From contig OZ024740.1 in the NCBI GenBank assembly GCA_964016885.1, forward strand, positions 120,466,001 through 120,530,000: 64,000 nucleotides of DNA, written 5' to 3'. Within the stretch, counting starts at the first letter, position 1; each line of letters opens with the position of its first letter. The notes under the pieces were generated by a model that saw only the letters and a program-made list of their open reading frames with translations, was not told where the DNA came from and made no database searches. Position numbers and translations under genes: made by a program. This DNA comes from Eledone cirrhosa (lineage: Eukaryota). Below are positions 1 through 10,595 of the stretch, piece by piece.

Positions 1-964
1 TGAAACCAGTAAACAGGTATACTAATTTATACAAGTCAACATTCACATCTACTATTTCTATTAGAATATTAGTGAGAATAGGAAGGCCATTCAGAATTAC
101 AGCTTAAGTTTCTGAAATATACAAGCAATGTCCCAAAATTACAAAATATGCTGAATATATGCTAGTGCTGAGAAAAGAAAGGAAGAAATAGAGTAACACA
201 AGAAACGAATGAGAAAACAAATAAAATGATTGATTTAATGGTACTGTTAATTTAATGCAGGTAAATAACCAATCTATTTTAGAATGCAAGAATTTGCAGC
301 AGCAGCATAGCTTGCATAGAAATTGAGATGAAAAGAGAGACAGGAATAATAAAAATGATACAGAAGAGAAAGCAATGTGGAAAGAAGTTTGCTAGGAGTT
401 ATAGGCGACAGATGTCAAGATAGGTAGCTTTGCGCTTATGAGTAGCCAATATCTATTGGTTCCAAAGGATTAGAAAGAGATAAACTAAAACAAAGAACTA
501 CAACTTTCAGAGGAATGGAATGCATTTTAGTAAGATTTCTATACACAGATCTCTAAATATTGTCACAAAGATTTTGCCAATATATTCAGATTACTTTCTG
601 TCAGTTGTAATATCAGATCAATAGTTTTGCCTGATCACAGTTCAGTTCATCATTTGCTATCTTCCTTTTTTTCTTCTATTTCTTTTGGTTATTGAATAAA
701 ATAAATGTTCATCATAAAACAAAGAGGCACAGCAGCTGAATACTTATAGTGCTTCTTTCTCTACTAAGTCGACACCACACACAAACACACACATATATGT
801 ACATACATATATATTTATGCATGTATGTGTACATGTTTGTGAGTGTGTTTGGCAACCTCCTAGTGTTGGTGATTTATGTAGTAAATGCACCCAGTATGTA
901 CTGTAATGAGTTTGTTAAGAGGGAGGGCATCCATAGAAAATATGCCAAATTATATATATATACA

Positions 965-1477
965 TATAAGTTAAAACAATGAAATAAAAATTCAAGTCAT
1001 TAGAAATATACTTCACTGCTTTACGATCGTTTCTAGGTGATACTAATACATTGTACGCATATTTCGTTATCGATCTATGTAGGGTTAGTTACAAAATATC
1101 AAATAAGGAATATATTTACCTACATGTATATCATCAGCCGTTGTCAAAAGCAATCATTGCTTTTGAAACGGCTGATGATATACATGTAGGTAAATATATT
1201 CCTTATTTGATATTTTTTAACTAACCCTACATAGATCGATAACGAAATATGCGTACGATGTATTATTATCACCTAGAAACGATCGTAAAGCAGTGAAGTA
1301 TATTTCTAATGACTTGAATTTTTATTTCATTGTTTTAACTTATATCATGACTCTGTTTTCCTTTTGATGTTTTATTGTTTTCCGGGATTTATTTTAACCT
1401 ACAACATTTTCAACATATGGATTACATTGAGTTCTTCATGCAGACCTAGACCCCACAGCTAACCGTGGATATTTCTG
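965..1477 (+). mobile_element. Fold-back (palindromic) small non-coding element with decayed hammerhead; PLE pLTR/retrozyme-like
   Basis: Near-perfect inverted repeat 965-1154/1156-1345 centred on 1155, unique tail to ~1477, (TA)n-like tracts on both sides. Confidence 0.75.
1155..1295 (+). ncRNA. Decayed type I hammerhead ribozyme motif (mirror copy on - strand in left arm)
   Basis: Stem I CATTGCTT(1155-62)/AAGCAGTG(1288-95); core degenerate (TTGAAAC; TTGACAA in mirror arm vs CTGACGA); long stem II TGATGATA-TACAT/ATGTA-TATTATCA; GAAA 1276-79, palindromic CGATCG, UA. Confidence 0.55.
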
Positions 1478-1495
1478 TATATATATATATATACT

Positions 1496-2990
1496 ATCAT
1501 CATTTTTACATCTCTATTTCCATGCTTGCATGGGTTGGATGAGTTCTTTTCAGCACAGCATTTCCCCATTAGCAGCGTTCCATTGTCATCTCAGCGAAGT
1601 GAGATCAGCTCCTTCCCATTGGGATTTACCGATACTTCACCCAGCAATCATCAACCAAGCTCAGTCTTTCTCTCACTCCACACCCAATGAAGAATGGCTG
1701 CTACATTTCTCTCCACCCGAAGCATAAAGCCATCCTTTTGTACATATAGCAAAATCTTTTGTTCTCAACAGTGGGAGTAGTTCTCTTAAGTTCTTCCATC
1801 CTATCTTTAATCTAGCTATTATACTCTTTGAGCACCACCCTCTACTCCTAATAAGATCACCTAGGTAGCAGAAGCTGCCAATCAATTCTATGAATCCTTC
1901 ATGTGATTGGAAATTTTTCATATCACTGGTGCTCTTCCTCTTGACTACACTTGTGCATCTAGGGCATACAAAGAATTCCTTTTCTGTTATTCTGCCTGTT
2001 ATCCCACTACACCTCTGGTGTATTCAAGATTTGCATTGTGTACATTGTATAGAGTTTCTGCCTACTCCTTTTCTTCATGTCAGGCAGGGCCCCTTCCCTG
2101 ATAAGGTCAGGGTCCTGTCTTCATTCCTACTTGCCAACACTTTAGTTTTTTCTAAGTTTACTTTCAGCTCTTTTGGTTGAAAATTCTGTTTCCATTATCA
2201 GAACTTGTTTGCGAATTCTTTTATGGATTCAGCTATAAGAACCAAATCATCTACTGAGAGATGTTCTTTTAGGCAGCCAGTCTTTAACCCCTCTGTTATG
2301 TCCTGGAGAACTATAATGACTAGTAGTGAGCTGAGAACCAAACCCTGATGAACTCCTACCTGTACCACATGTTCCTCACTAAACTCACTTCATACTCACA
2401 CTTTGCTGACAGCACTGCTCTCACAACCATTCTTCTTAATTTCCTTAATGACTACCAGATAACAGATTAAGGTATTCTGTCAATGGTCTTTTCTAGATAA
2501 ATAAATGCTTAACATGGTGGTTTATTCTTGACTAAGACATACTCTTGTAGTTGTCTCACTAAGAAGAGGACATCTGTATTAATTTTCCCAACTGCATCTT
2601 GTCTAATTTGATTCTCTCCTTAATTAGCTGTGCTATTCTTTCCACCATTTTAATGGTTCATTAGATTTATTACTCTGTAGTTGCTCCTTTCAAGAGCATC
2701 ATCTTTTCCTTTGAAACCATTTACAATTTTACTGCTGTGCCAGTCATTGTGTATGACTCCGTCTTGTATTACCTAATTGACTATGCAGGTTTCTTCAAAT
2801 ATTTTGTAGATGCTTTTAGCGTCTCAGCAACTGTTCAGATGATGCGACAGGTTTACCATTCCTCATCTCCTTAATTGTTTCTTAGACTCTATAACTTTTG
2901 ATTTCAATGGATCTCCTTTTGTTGGGATAGGTTGGGGATAGTTTCTCCCCCACCCCCCATTCATTCACTCTATTCATCTGCTTTCATATT
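1496..2990 (-). mobile_element. Old degenerate RTE-clade LINE fragment
   Basis: Minus-strand peptide FCYLGDLI..GG..ARLKIGWKNLRELLPLL, homologous to the intact RTE copies; many stops and indels; (CAT)n tail remnant ~1497. Confidence 0.85.
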
Positions 2991-3187
2991 AACATTTCCA
3001 AGTCTCTTTCTTTTGAGCACCAATGGGGTTAAGCACATCTGTTTCATTTCAACAATTCTAAGACAAGAAATATATAATGCAAAAACGAATTTAGCAGTTT
3101 TTGTGACCTTTCGGAATGGTTAAAATGACTCATTCATGATGCAAATATATAGTTCTTAATAAACAAGAGAATAATGCATACATAAGT

Positions 3188-3222
<35 letters not shown>

Positions 3223-3861
3223 AAAAGAAAGAGACAAATGGTTCTTAAATAACAGGATATATTTAATTCAAAGATGATAATAAATGGTCATAATTACTAT
3301 ATTTTTAATACATTAATTTTTAATTCTAATTTTAAAATCATAATTTATTGTTAAAAGAAAATTTCTATAACATTAAGAAAATATAATCGTGACTAGTTGA
3401 ATTATATTTGTAATAATTTATGCTATCATCATCATCATGTTACGTATGCTTTTCCATGTTCACATCGAATAATATATAGAATAATATTTCAGCTGGTTTA
3501 ATTGTCTCTTCAAGAAAACTTATATTCATGAAAATATTACATCGTATTTTCTATATTTGACAGGTTTATTAATTACTGAGGAAATTTCTTTTCTTACTTT
3601 TGAAAATCATTAGGTAATATTTAATTCTAATTTCTTTAGCATGTAAAAGTAAAGAAGATTGTCAGACCAAGAAATGTTTTTATGTGTCTTTCCATTAATG
3701 ATATCTGCTGGTCACAACACCTGGCATAAGGAGCAACATGAAATAAAGTATTTTGCTCAAGAACAAAATACATCACCCGGTAGAAGAATCAAACCAATGG
3801 ACTTATAAGTCCTGCACCCTAACCACTAGATCACATGTACACACCTATTATATATATATAC

Positions 3862-3906
<45 letters not shown>

Positions 3907-3916
3907 AGACTCAAAG

Positions 3917-4045
3917 ATATTGATGATGAGAACCGTGGTTTTAATTGAGTCTTCACCATAATTGATGGTTGGTGATCGATACTAATCATTGTAATCGATG
4001 TTGATTTCTCAATTCTTTTTGTTCCTCAGAAACAGCTCTGTCTAT
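3917..4045 (+). ncRNA. Probable decayed type I hammerhead in small element next to (TA)n
   Basis: ATA-TTGATGA(3920-26)-TGAGAAC...GTTCCTCA-GAAA(4029-32)-CAGCTCTG-TC-TAT; C3>U, only 3-bp stem I, ~90-nt loop II. Confidence 0.45.
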
Positions 4046-4493
4046 GACTGGATGGTCATATTTGGAAGTACGGCCATTTAAATATGACTTATTCATTATG
4101 TGAATAATGTTTTTTTATTTAACACTTTAAATTGTATTTGTTTCTATATGTATATATGTATCAAAGCCTGGTTAGTTTCTCAATTGATACATCTATATAT
4201 TGTTTAAAATTATTATATATATATCACGATAGATTATATATCACGATAGATTAATGGAACCATAGACACTCGCTATTCCCTGTCAATAATGTGTTCAAAG
4301 GAGAAGGGATCCTGAGCTCTTCAAAATAAAATATGTTGAAAAGGTAACACACTACAGAGAGATAGTGCGCTATCAATAAAACAGGGAAAAACCACCAGAG
4401 TATGGAATGTATAACCTATGAAAGGCAGGGTAGACACACGGTAATTAAAAATATAAATTAAAGTGTATATACAAACCTTTATAACTATATAAC

Positions 4494-4575
4494 ACACACG
4501 TACACATCCAAAGAGATCTGTTTCGCCAATAATTTGTTGACAGAAATAAATAGCCCATGGTTCATCAGCGTGTGT
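4494..4575 (-). ncRNA. Type I hammerhead ribozyme motif in ~390-bp non-coding element (~4241-4632)
   Basis: Minus strand: ACACACG CTGATGA ACCA...TGGC GAAA CAGATCTCTTTGGATGTG TA CGTGTGT; 7-bp perfect stem I, GUA triplet. Confidence 0.8.
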
Positions 4576-4790
4576 AAGGCTGTTTGTTAACAAACAAACC
4601 AAACATTATAATAAATGTTCGGTAAACCCATACGTACATATATATATGTGTGCATGTATGTATATATGTATATATATATGCTACTGTGCATCTGTACACA
4701 TATATGTATGTACGTATATATACTTATATTTAGGTATCAGCTGTACTAAGAGTGAAAAATGAAATTTTGTTTCATTCTTTTCCATATATA

Positions 4791-6266
4791 TCATCATCAT
4801 CATCATCATCAGGTTTAGCGTCCGTGTTCCACGCTTGCATGGGTTTGGACGGGGGTTTTCCCACTTGAGGCAAGAGTGGTTGTCTTGCTCGCATAGGACT
4901 GTCTGGCGGGTTTTCTACAGCTGGATGCTCTTCCTAACACCAACCACATTTACAGTGTGGGGCTGGGAGGTTTTTACCGTGTTGCCTACACGGCCACATT
5001 ACAGCGTGGACTGTCTGGCGGGTTTTCTACAGCTGGATGCCCTTCCTAACACCAACCACATTTACAGTGTGGGGCTGGGAGGTTTTTATTGTGTTGCCTA
5101 CACAGCCACATTACAGCGTGGACTGTCTGGCGGGTTTTCTACAGCTGGATGCCCTTCCTAACACCAACCACATTTACAGTGTGGGGCTGGGAGGTTTTTA
5201 CCGTGTTGCCTACACGGCCACATTTACAGCGTGGACTGTGTGTTTTTTTGTCGTGACACCTACACTATCTCATTTGTTTCGGCCTGGATGTTGTGGGACC
5301 AACATAACTTTACATTGAAAGGGGCGGTGTGGATGGGGTGGAGGTGGTGGGACGGGGGTGTGTTTTGATAGAGATGCCTACTGACTGTAGTAGGTTTTTA
5401 CTTTGTATTTAGGTAAGGCGGGTCTTCTCTATTACTGAGTACCGCCAAAGGTCTCGGTCCAGTGACATTGTCTTGGAGAGGTGTAAGCGTGTGAGGTCGG
5501 AATTTATCATGTCATCCCAGGTTTTTCTGGGTCTGCCTACTCCGTGGCTACCATCTATCTTTATTGCCCTGCACTTTGTTATACAGCTGTCGTCTTTCAT
5601 GCGCATCACGTGACCGTACCAACGTAGCCTTCTCTCGAGTAAACAACATCTGATCCCTCTTATTTCTAATTTTTTCCTTAGTTCGTTTATGCTTTGCCGT
5701 TCACGTATATTACTATTGCACATCCAGCGGAGCATGCAAGCTTCGTTCCTCTCTAGTCTGCGTATATCCTCTGCACACAATGCCCAGGTCTCACTGCCAT
5801 TCAGCATTGCTGTTCGTATGCAGGCATCGTATAACCTGCCTTTCATTTTTAGGGAGAACCCTCTAGCGGCTAATAGTGGTATAAGCTCTCTGAACTTTTT
5901 CCATCCAGTTCTGACTCTAGCTACTGTACTTTCAGCGCACCCTCCCCCACTGCTGATTTTGTCACCCAGGTAACGGAAGCTGTCCACTATTTCTATAGTA
6001 CCCTCTGCGCAGTTGAAGGAGCTAGTATTTTGTGGGCACTTGCTGGTACCTATTGCACCTAAGCACCGGCCACATGTAAAATCTAAATTCTTAGTTAGCT
6101 TACCTGTGATCCCACTACATCTTTTATGCACCCATACTTTGCATTTGGGACATAAAATGGAGTTTCTACCTACGCCTTTCCTACACACTGAGCAAGGCCA
6201 TTTCCCAGAAGGGACCGCCGCCTTATTTTATTTCCTACAAACTAGAACTTTAGTCTTAGCCAGGTT
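4791..6266 (-). mobile_element. 5'-truncated RTE LINE, subfamily A
   Basis: ORF2 C-terminus ...SFRYLG...RRLRWYGHVMRM...GRPRKTW...IEKTRLT (5409-6188); 3'UTR; (CAT)n tail on + at 4791-4810; 5' end abuts (TA)n. Confidence 0.95.
4896..5232. repeat. Three tandem copies of a 112-bp unit in RTE 3'UTR
   Basis: ggactgtctggcgggttttctacagctggatgc at 4896, 5008, 5120; single copy in sister elements at ~10.7 and ~34.25 kb. Confidence 0.9.
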
Positions 6267-6305
6267 ATATATATATAAGTAGTTCCACAACAGTTAGTTC
6301 ACCAT

Positions 6306-6348
6306 ACCAAGAACAAATGTTTCACCTTATGCGGATCTTCAGCTCGAT
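6306..6348 (-). ncRNA. Minimal type I hammerhead motif (slightly decayed) in ~110-bp element between TA tracts
   Basis: Minus: ATCGAG CTGAAGA TCCGCATAAGGT GAAA CATTTG TT CTTGGT; stem I with G.U pairs, weak stem II, near-palindromic stem III. Confidence 0.65.
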
Positions 6349-6459
6349 CTGAATGAAGTTGTATGGTAAGAAAAAAATAATATATATATATAAATAATAT
6401 GTGTGTATATAAAGATAGGGCACCAATCAGTTAAGTTAAGTGGCTTTGTTCAATATGTA

Positions 6460-7152
6460 GAAAAGGAATAGGCATAAACTATATAAAATGTATACATTGC
6501 AAATCGTAGGTACACAAGTGATGTTGGATAACAGGCAGACTAACAGGAGAGGAAGACTTTTTACGTAGTAGGTGTTCAGGGTCAATTGATAGTAAGCATG
6601 CCAATGATAATAATAAAATATATAATATAAACCTTTTCCAATCCCAGGAAGAATCCATAGATGTCATTAGTAGCTTCTACTACCTAGGTGATATAATTAG
6701 CAGTGGAGGAGAGTGCTCAGGGAGCATAGTAGCTAGAATAAGGACAGGCTGGAAGAAGTTTAGCAAACTGCAACCCCTACTAACAACAAAAGGTTTCTTC
6801 CCACAAATAAAAGGTTGGCTGTATGATGTGTGTATGTAAAGTGCTATGCTGCATGGTAGTGAGACATGGGTAGTGAGTGCAGAGGACATGTAATGGCTGG
6901 AGAGAAATGAGGTAAGCATGGTTCAATAGGGGTGTAATATTAATGTGCATGAACGATAAAGCAGGGATGAACCGAGGGAGAAATTGGGTATAAGAGGAAT
7001 CAGAAGTAGCATGCAGTTGAGGAAACTGCGTTGATATGGACATATGAAGCTTACAGAGGAGATGATAAAGGAACACAGCAAATGGAGAGATGCTGTACTG
7101 AAGAGTACTCATTCAAGCATGAACAATGGACTTAAAATGACAATGATAATGA
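6460..7152 (+). mobile_element. Old degenerate RTE LINE 3' fragment
   Basis: agcttctactacctaggtgatataattagcagtggagga, atgctgcatggtagtgagacatgg homologous to RTE ORF2; decayed (GAT)n end. Confidence 0.8.
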
Positions 7153-8469
7153 TATATATGCATGTATATATGTGTGCATGTATACATATATATATATATT
7201 AAAATTAGATTGTAGTTATTTCTTCTGAGTCTTTGCATTTTCAATTCAAATCCCTCCCTCCCATCTGACTTGGAGACCATCACATCTCTCTATAGAGAGT
7301 AAGCAAAGAAAAAAAAGAAAAGGATACGAATTGCAGTGTATGACAGTGCTAATCTACATTTTAATGATGAAGCAATAATTAGATTTCCTCTTTCACTTCA
7401 CAAGCAAGGACACATCATCATCATCATATGGAAACTCATAAATTTTACCCTTTCATTACTATATATCGAATGACATACACCTTATTTTAAATAATTAGTT
7501 AAGAATTTAGAGACATTTACTAAAATGAATTATTTGTACAGGGTTATTGATAAACTGTACCCTGTAGATTCTGTAAAGTGGTAGTTCTGATACAAACTTT
7601 AAAGGGTTTGGTGTTAGGAAACACATAGAGTTGTAGAAATCATATCCAAAAGGGAATGCATGAGCAAGACCTGGTACTCATTCTTGGCCTCGTTAGTCTC
7701 AGACTGAGGCAACTCAGCCAATTCATGCAAGTCTAAAAAGTAAACGTAAAATGATGACGATAATCAAGACACTGGTTTCATTGTTGAGATAGTATTTGTC
7801 ACAAATGTTTCTTATATAAAATTATATAGGAATATTTTTATTTAAATAAATACTCTGTAATATGCGTAGTTTTCTTTCATAGAATCAGAGGCAGCTTTGG
7901 TTGATATCAAAAGGGTTAAATTCAATGTAGAAAACGCAAAAAGATAACATCTCCTTGGTACCTTCTCAGTCTAATAAAGTTTATAATAGATTTCTTTTTT
8001 TTTTGTAATAGATTTTTAATACAAATTTAATCATGAAACAAATTTGCATTTTAAATATAATAGTTAGAACAATTACATAAAACATGTACAATTCTTTGTG
8101 TGATAAAAAATGTTGAGAGGAATGATATTCTAAATATCAAGCAAAATCTGATTTAAAAAGAAACAAAACCTGAAAAACTCAAGCATTTCCCCTATGATGT
8201 CTTTGAAAGAGCACAGGTAAAACTAAAAGAAATTATTTGCTGCAGTTCTTCAATGTTAAAAAGCCAGTAGAATAATATTTGCATTAATCCATACTTCTTT
8301 TGCTAATTAAGTTTTACATAATGTCAAATGTAAGCAACAATGGAAATGTATTTACATTCTATCGAGGTGATTATTGAGATCTTACATTTTCTAAGATATT
8401 ATATGTAGAAAGTATAATGCAGACATTAAAAGATAATTTCCTGGTGAACTACTTATACACAAATCATTA

Positions 8470-8592
8470 TTTCTGAGTCCAAATCTCGCCGAGGTTAACT
8501 TTGCCTTTCATCCTTATGGGGTTGATAAAATAAAGTACCAGTAATACACTGGTAAATTGCTGGCCTTGTGCCAAAAGTAGAAACAATTATTA
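8470..8592 (+). mobile_element. SINE fragment (same family as 53.73-53.91 kb)
   Basis: Shared body gaggttaactttgcctttcatcctta(t/c)gggg..gataaaataaagtaccagtaat...gctggccttgtgcc.aaagtagaaacaatta. Confidence 0.8.
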
Positions 8593-8805
8593 CATATAAA
8601 AATTCAAATACATTACATGTAAAAGTGGCTGAAATTAAGGAGTTTGATTAGTAACCACAAGGTTTCAAGTTCTCTCCTGCTGAACAGCACCTTGTGCAAG
8701 TGTCTTCTACAATAGCTTTGGGATGATTGATTAATGTTTTGGGAGTGGAATTTAGTAGATGGAAACTGCTAAAGACTATCATCTCTCTCTTGTTCCCTCA
8801 TTTTA

Positions 8806-8836
<31 letters not shown>

Positions 8837-8968
8837 TGCTCCAAGCGTGAACCTAATAAAACTGTAATTTTGCTTCCTGTATTTTGTTTTGCTTCATTTA
8901 TTAACTATATATATATATATATATATACGATATTAAACAAATGGAAACTATATTTATAAAACCATATT

Positions 8969-9034
8969 TATTTCATTATACATATTTCAGGGATACCATA
9001 TTAAAAATATGGCATGCCTTCGTCAGATAAAATA
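8969..9034 (-). ncRNA. Type I hammerhead ribozyme motif (mirror copy)
   Basis: Reverse complement of 9154-9219. Confidence 0.8.
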
Positions 9035-9153
9035 CAATATATAAACAGTTTTATAAATAATTTTGACGTACCCTATTATAAGCGACCATTATATTTGGAA
9101 GCTGTCTGATAATAGGGTACGTCAAAATTATTTATAAAACTGTTTATATATTG

Positions 9154-9219
9154 TATTTTATCTGACGAAGGCATGCCATATTTTTAATATGGTATCCCTG
9201 AAATATGTATAATGAAATA
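9154..9219 (+). ncRNA. Minimal type I hammerhead ribozyme motif
   Basis: TATTTTAT CTGACGA(9162-68) AGGCATGCCATAT-TTTTA-ATATGGTATCCCT GAAA(9200-03) TATGTA TA^ATGAAATA; predicted cleavage after 9211. Confidence 0.85.
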
Positions 9220-9347
9220 AATATGGTTTTATAAATATAGTTTCCATTTGTTTAATATCGTATATCTACTCTAAAAACTGGTCGAGTGCTTTATATCAGT
9301 TATAAAATATTTACTTGTTGTAACCCAAGAATTTTAAATAAAACTTT

Positions 9348-9382
<35 letters not shown>

Positions 9383-9485
9383 GTCTAACCCATATATATA
9401 TATATATATATATGGGTCTAACCCATGCTAGCGTGGAAGGTATATGTTAAACGATGAAAAAAAAAATGTATATATATATATATAA

Positions 9486-9822
9486 TGGAGGCACATGGCT
9501 TAGTGGTTAGAGCATTGGGCTTGCAATCGAAAGGTTGTGAGTTCAATTCTCAGACCGGGTGATGTGTTGTTTCCTTGAGCAAGACACTTTATTTCACATT
9601 GTTCCAGTTTACTCAGCTGTAGAAATGAGATGATAGGGACTAGGGTCCATATCATTACAGTGCAAAGTGGTCGTGTAGGTGCCACGGCAAAAAAGCACCC
9701 AGCACTCACTGTAAATGTGGTTGGTGTTAGGAAGGGCATCCAGCTGTAGAAATCAAGCCAGAATCAGTTCCCGTCCCACCCTTGCAAGCAGGGAAAAGCG
9801 AACGTAAAATGATGATGATGAT
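9486..9822 (+). mobile_element. tRNA-derived SINE with RTE-derived 3' tail
   Basis: A-box TGGCTTAGTGG and B-box GTTCAATTC; 3' part aaaaagcacccagcactcactgtaaatg.ggttggtgttaggaagggcatccagctgtagaaatcaagcc shared with RTE-B 3'UTR; (GAT)n tail. Confidence 0.9.
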
Positions 9823-10595
9823 ATAAATGATTTGGGACCCAGGTATCTGAGCTCCTGCCATTTCAACAGCTAGATCTGAAGGGAGCTTTACCCACCTTCT
9901 TCAGAAATAATGAGCTTTGTTTATTGAAAAATACAAAAAAAACATACATATGAATAAGTAACGTTTTATAACCAGGTTGAGGTTGACCAAGAGTAAGAAT
10001 AGGGAGGGGCAGTATAGATCCTTAAGTTGGTAGTATTAGATGAATAAATAAGCAGGCAGGGGATCAGGTATCAAATGACATTTAATAAAAGAAATGAAAG
10101 TTGCTATTGTAAATGAATTTAGACATATTGTATATAAAAGTGTTGATGGTCAAAGAAGATAATAGGTGGAGGAAAAGGGGTACTGAGATTAGTGTGTTAC
10201 ATCAAGTAGAATGGTATAGAACAATCTGAAAATGTTTGTTATTTCTTTGTTGAAGGAATAATTTGTTCTAAAAATATTTAATAATAGAGGAATATAAATG
10301 GAACCAAATGGAAGTAAAATTTTGATAAAATATAAATAAAATATTATATAGGTAAGAAAATACTAAAGCTTGTGTAATTATTGTATTGTGTTAGAGTGGT
10401 TAGAATGAAGTTTTCCCTGTAGGGAATTATATTTTCGAATAATAATCTACATTAATAATCAGTTTTTTTTAAAAAGGGAGGTTTAAATGGATATCAATTA
10501 AACAATTTTTGTTAGATTATTGAAAATAATGTAATATATAGTGCTAAATTATAGTTAATTACATTTATATAACTATATATATATATATATATATA

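Larger units (their letters stand above)
8922..9351 (+). mobile_element. Fold-back hammerhead element, family H1
   Basis: Essentially perfect inverted repeat ~8922-9079/9109-9265 with 29-nt spacer, unique tail to 9351, (TA)n on both sides; homologous to 32.56 and 33.30 kb elements. Confidence 0.85.

Noticed and set aside
1172-1178. Perfect CTGATGA as hammerhead core
   Set aside because: No adjacent stem I partner for either downstream GAAA; it fits better as part of stem II of the decayed motif starting at 1155
3564-3613. Plus-strand exon-like segment with ag/gt borders
   Set aside because: Stop codons in all three frames
5689-5973. Antisense ORFs over RTE and PLE coding regions (e.g. also 12078-12416, 25832-26341, 38942-39415)
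   Set aside because: Shadow ORFs opposite real reading frames, with no recognisable motifs
8922-9265. DNA-transposon MITE or miRNA hairpin interpretation of the small palindromes
   Set aside because: Arms are unequal between and within copies, have one-sided tails, and contain hammerhead motifs; geometry matches PLE inversions rather than fixed TIRs
9496-9556. tRNA gene
   Set aside because: A/B boxes present but no full cloverleaf, and it continues into SINE body and RTE tail; it is a SINE head
9855-9915. Minus-strand CTGAAGA...GAAA possible hammerhead
   Set aside because: Stems I and II cannot be drawn adjacent to the core convincingly
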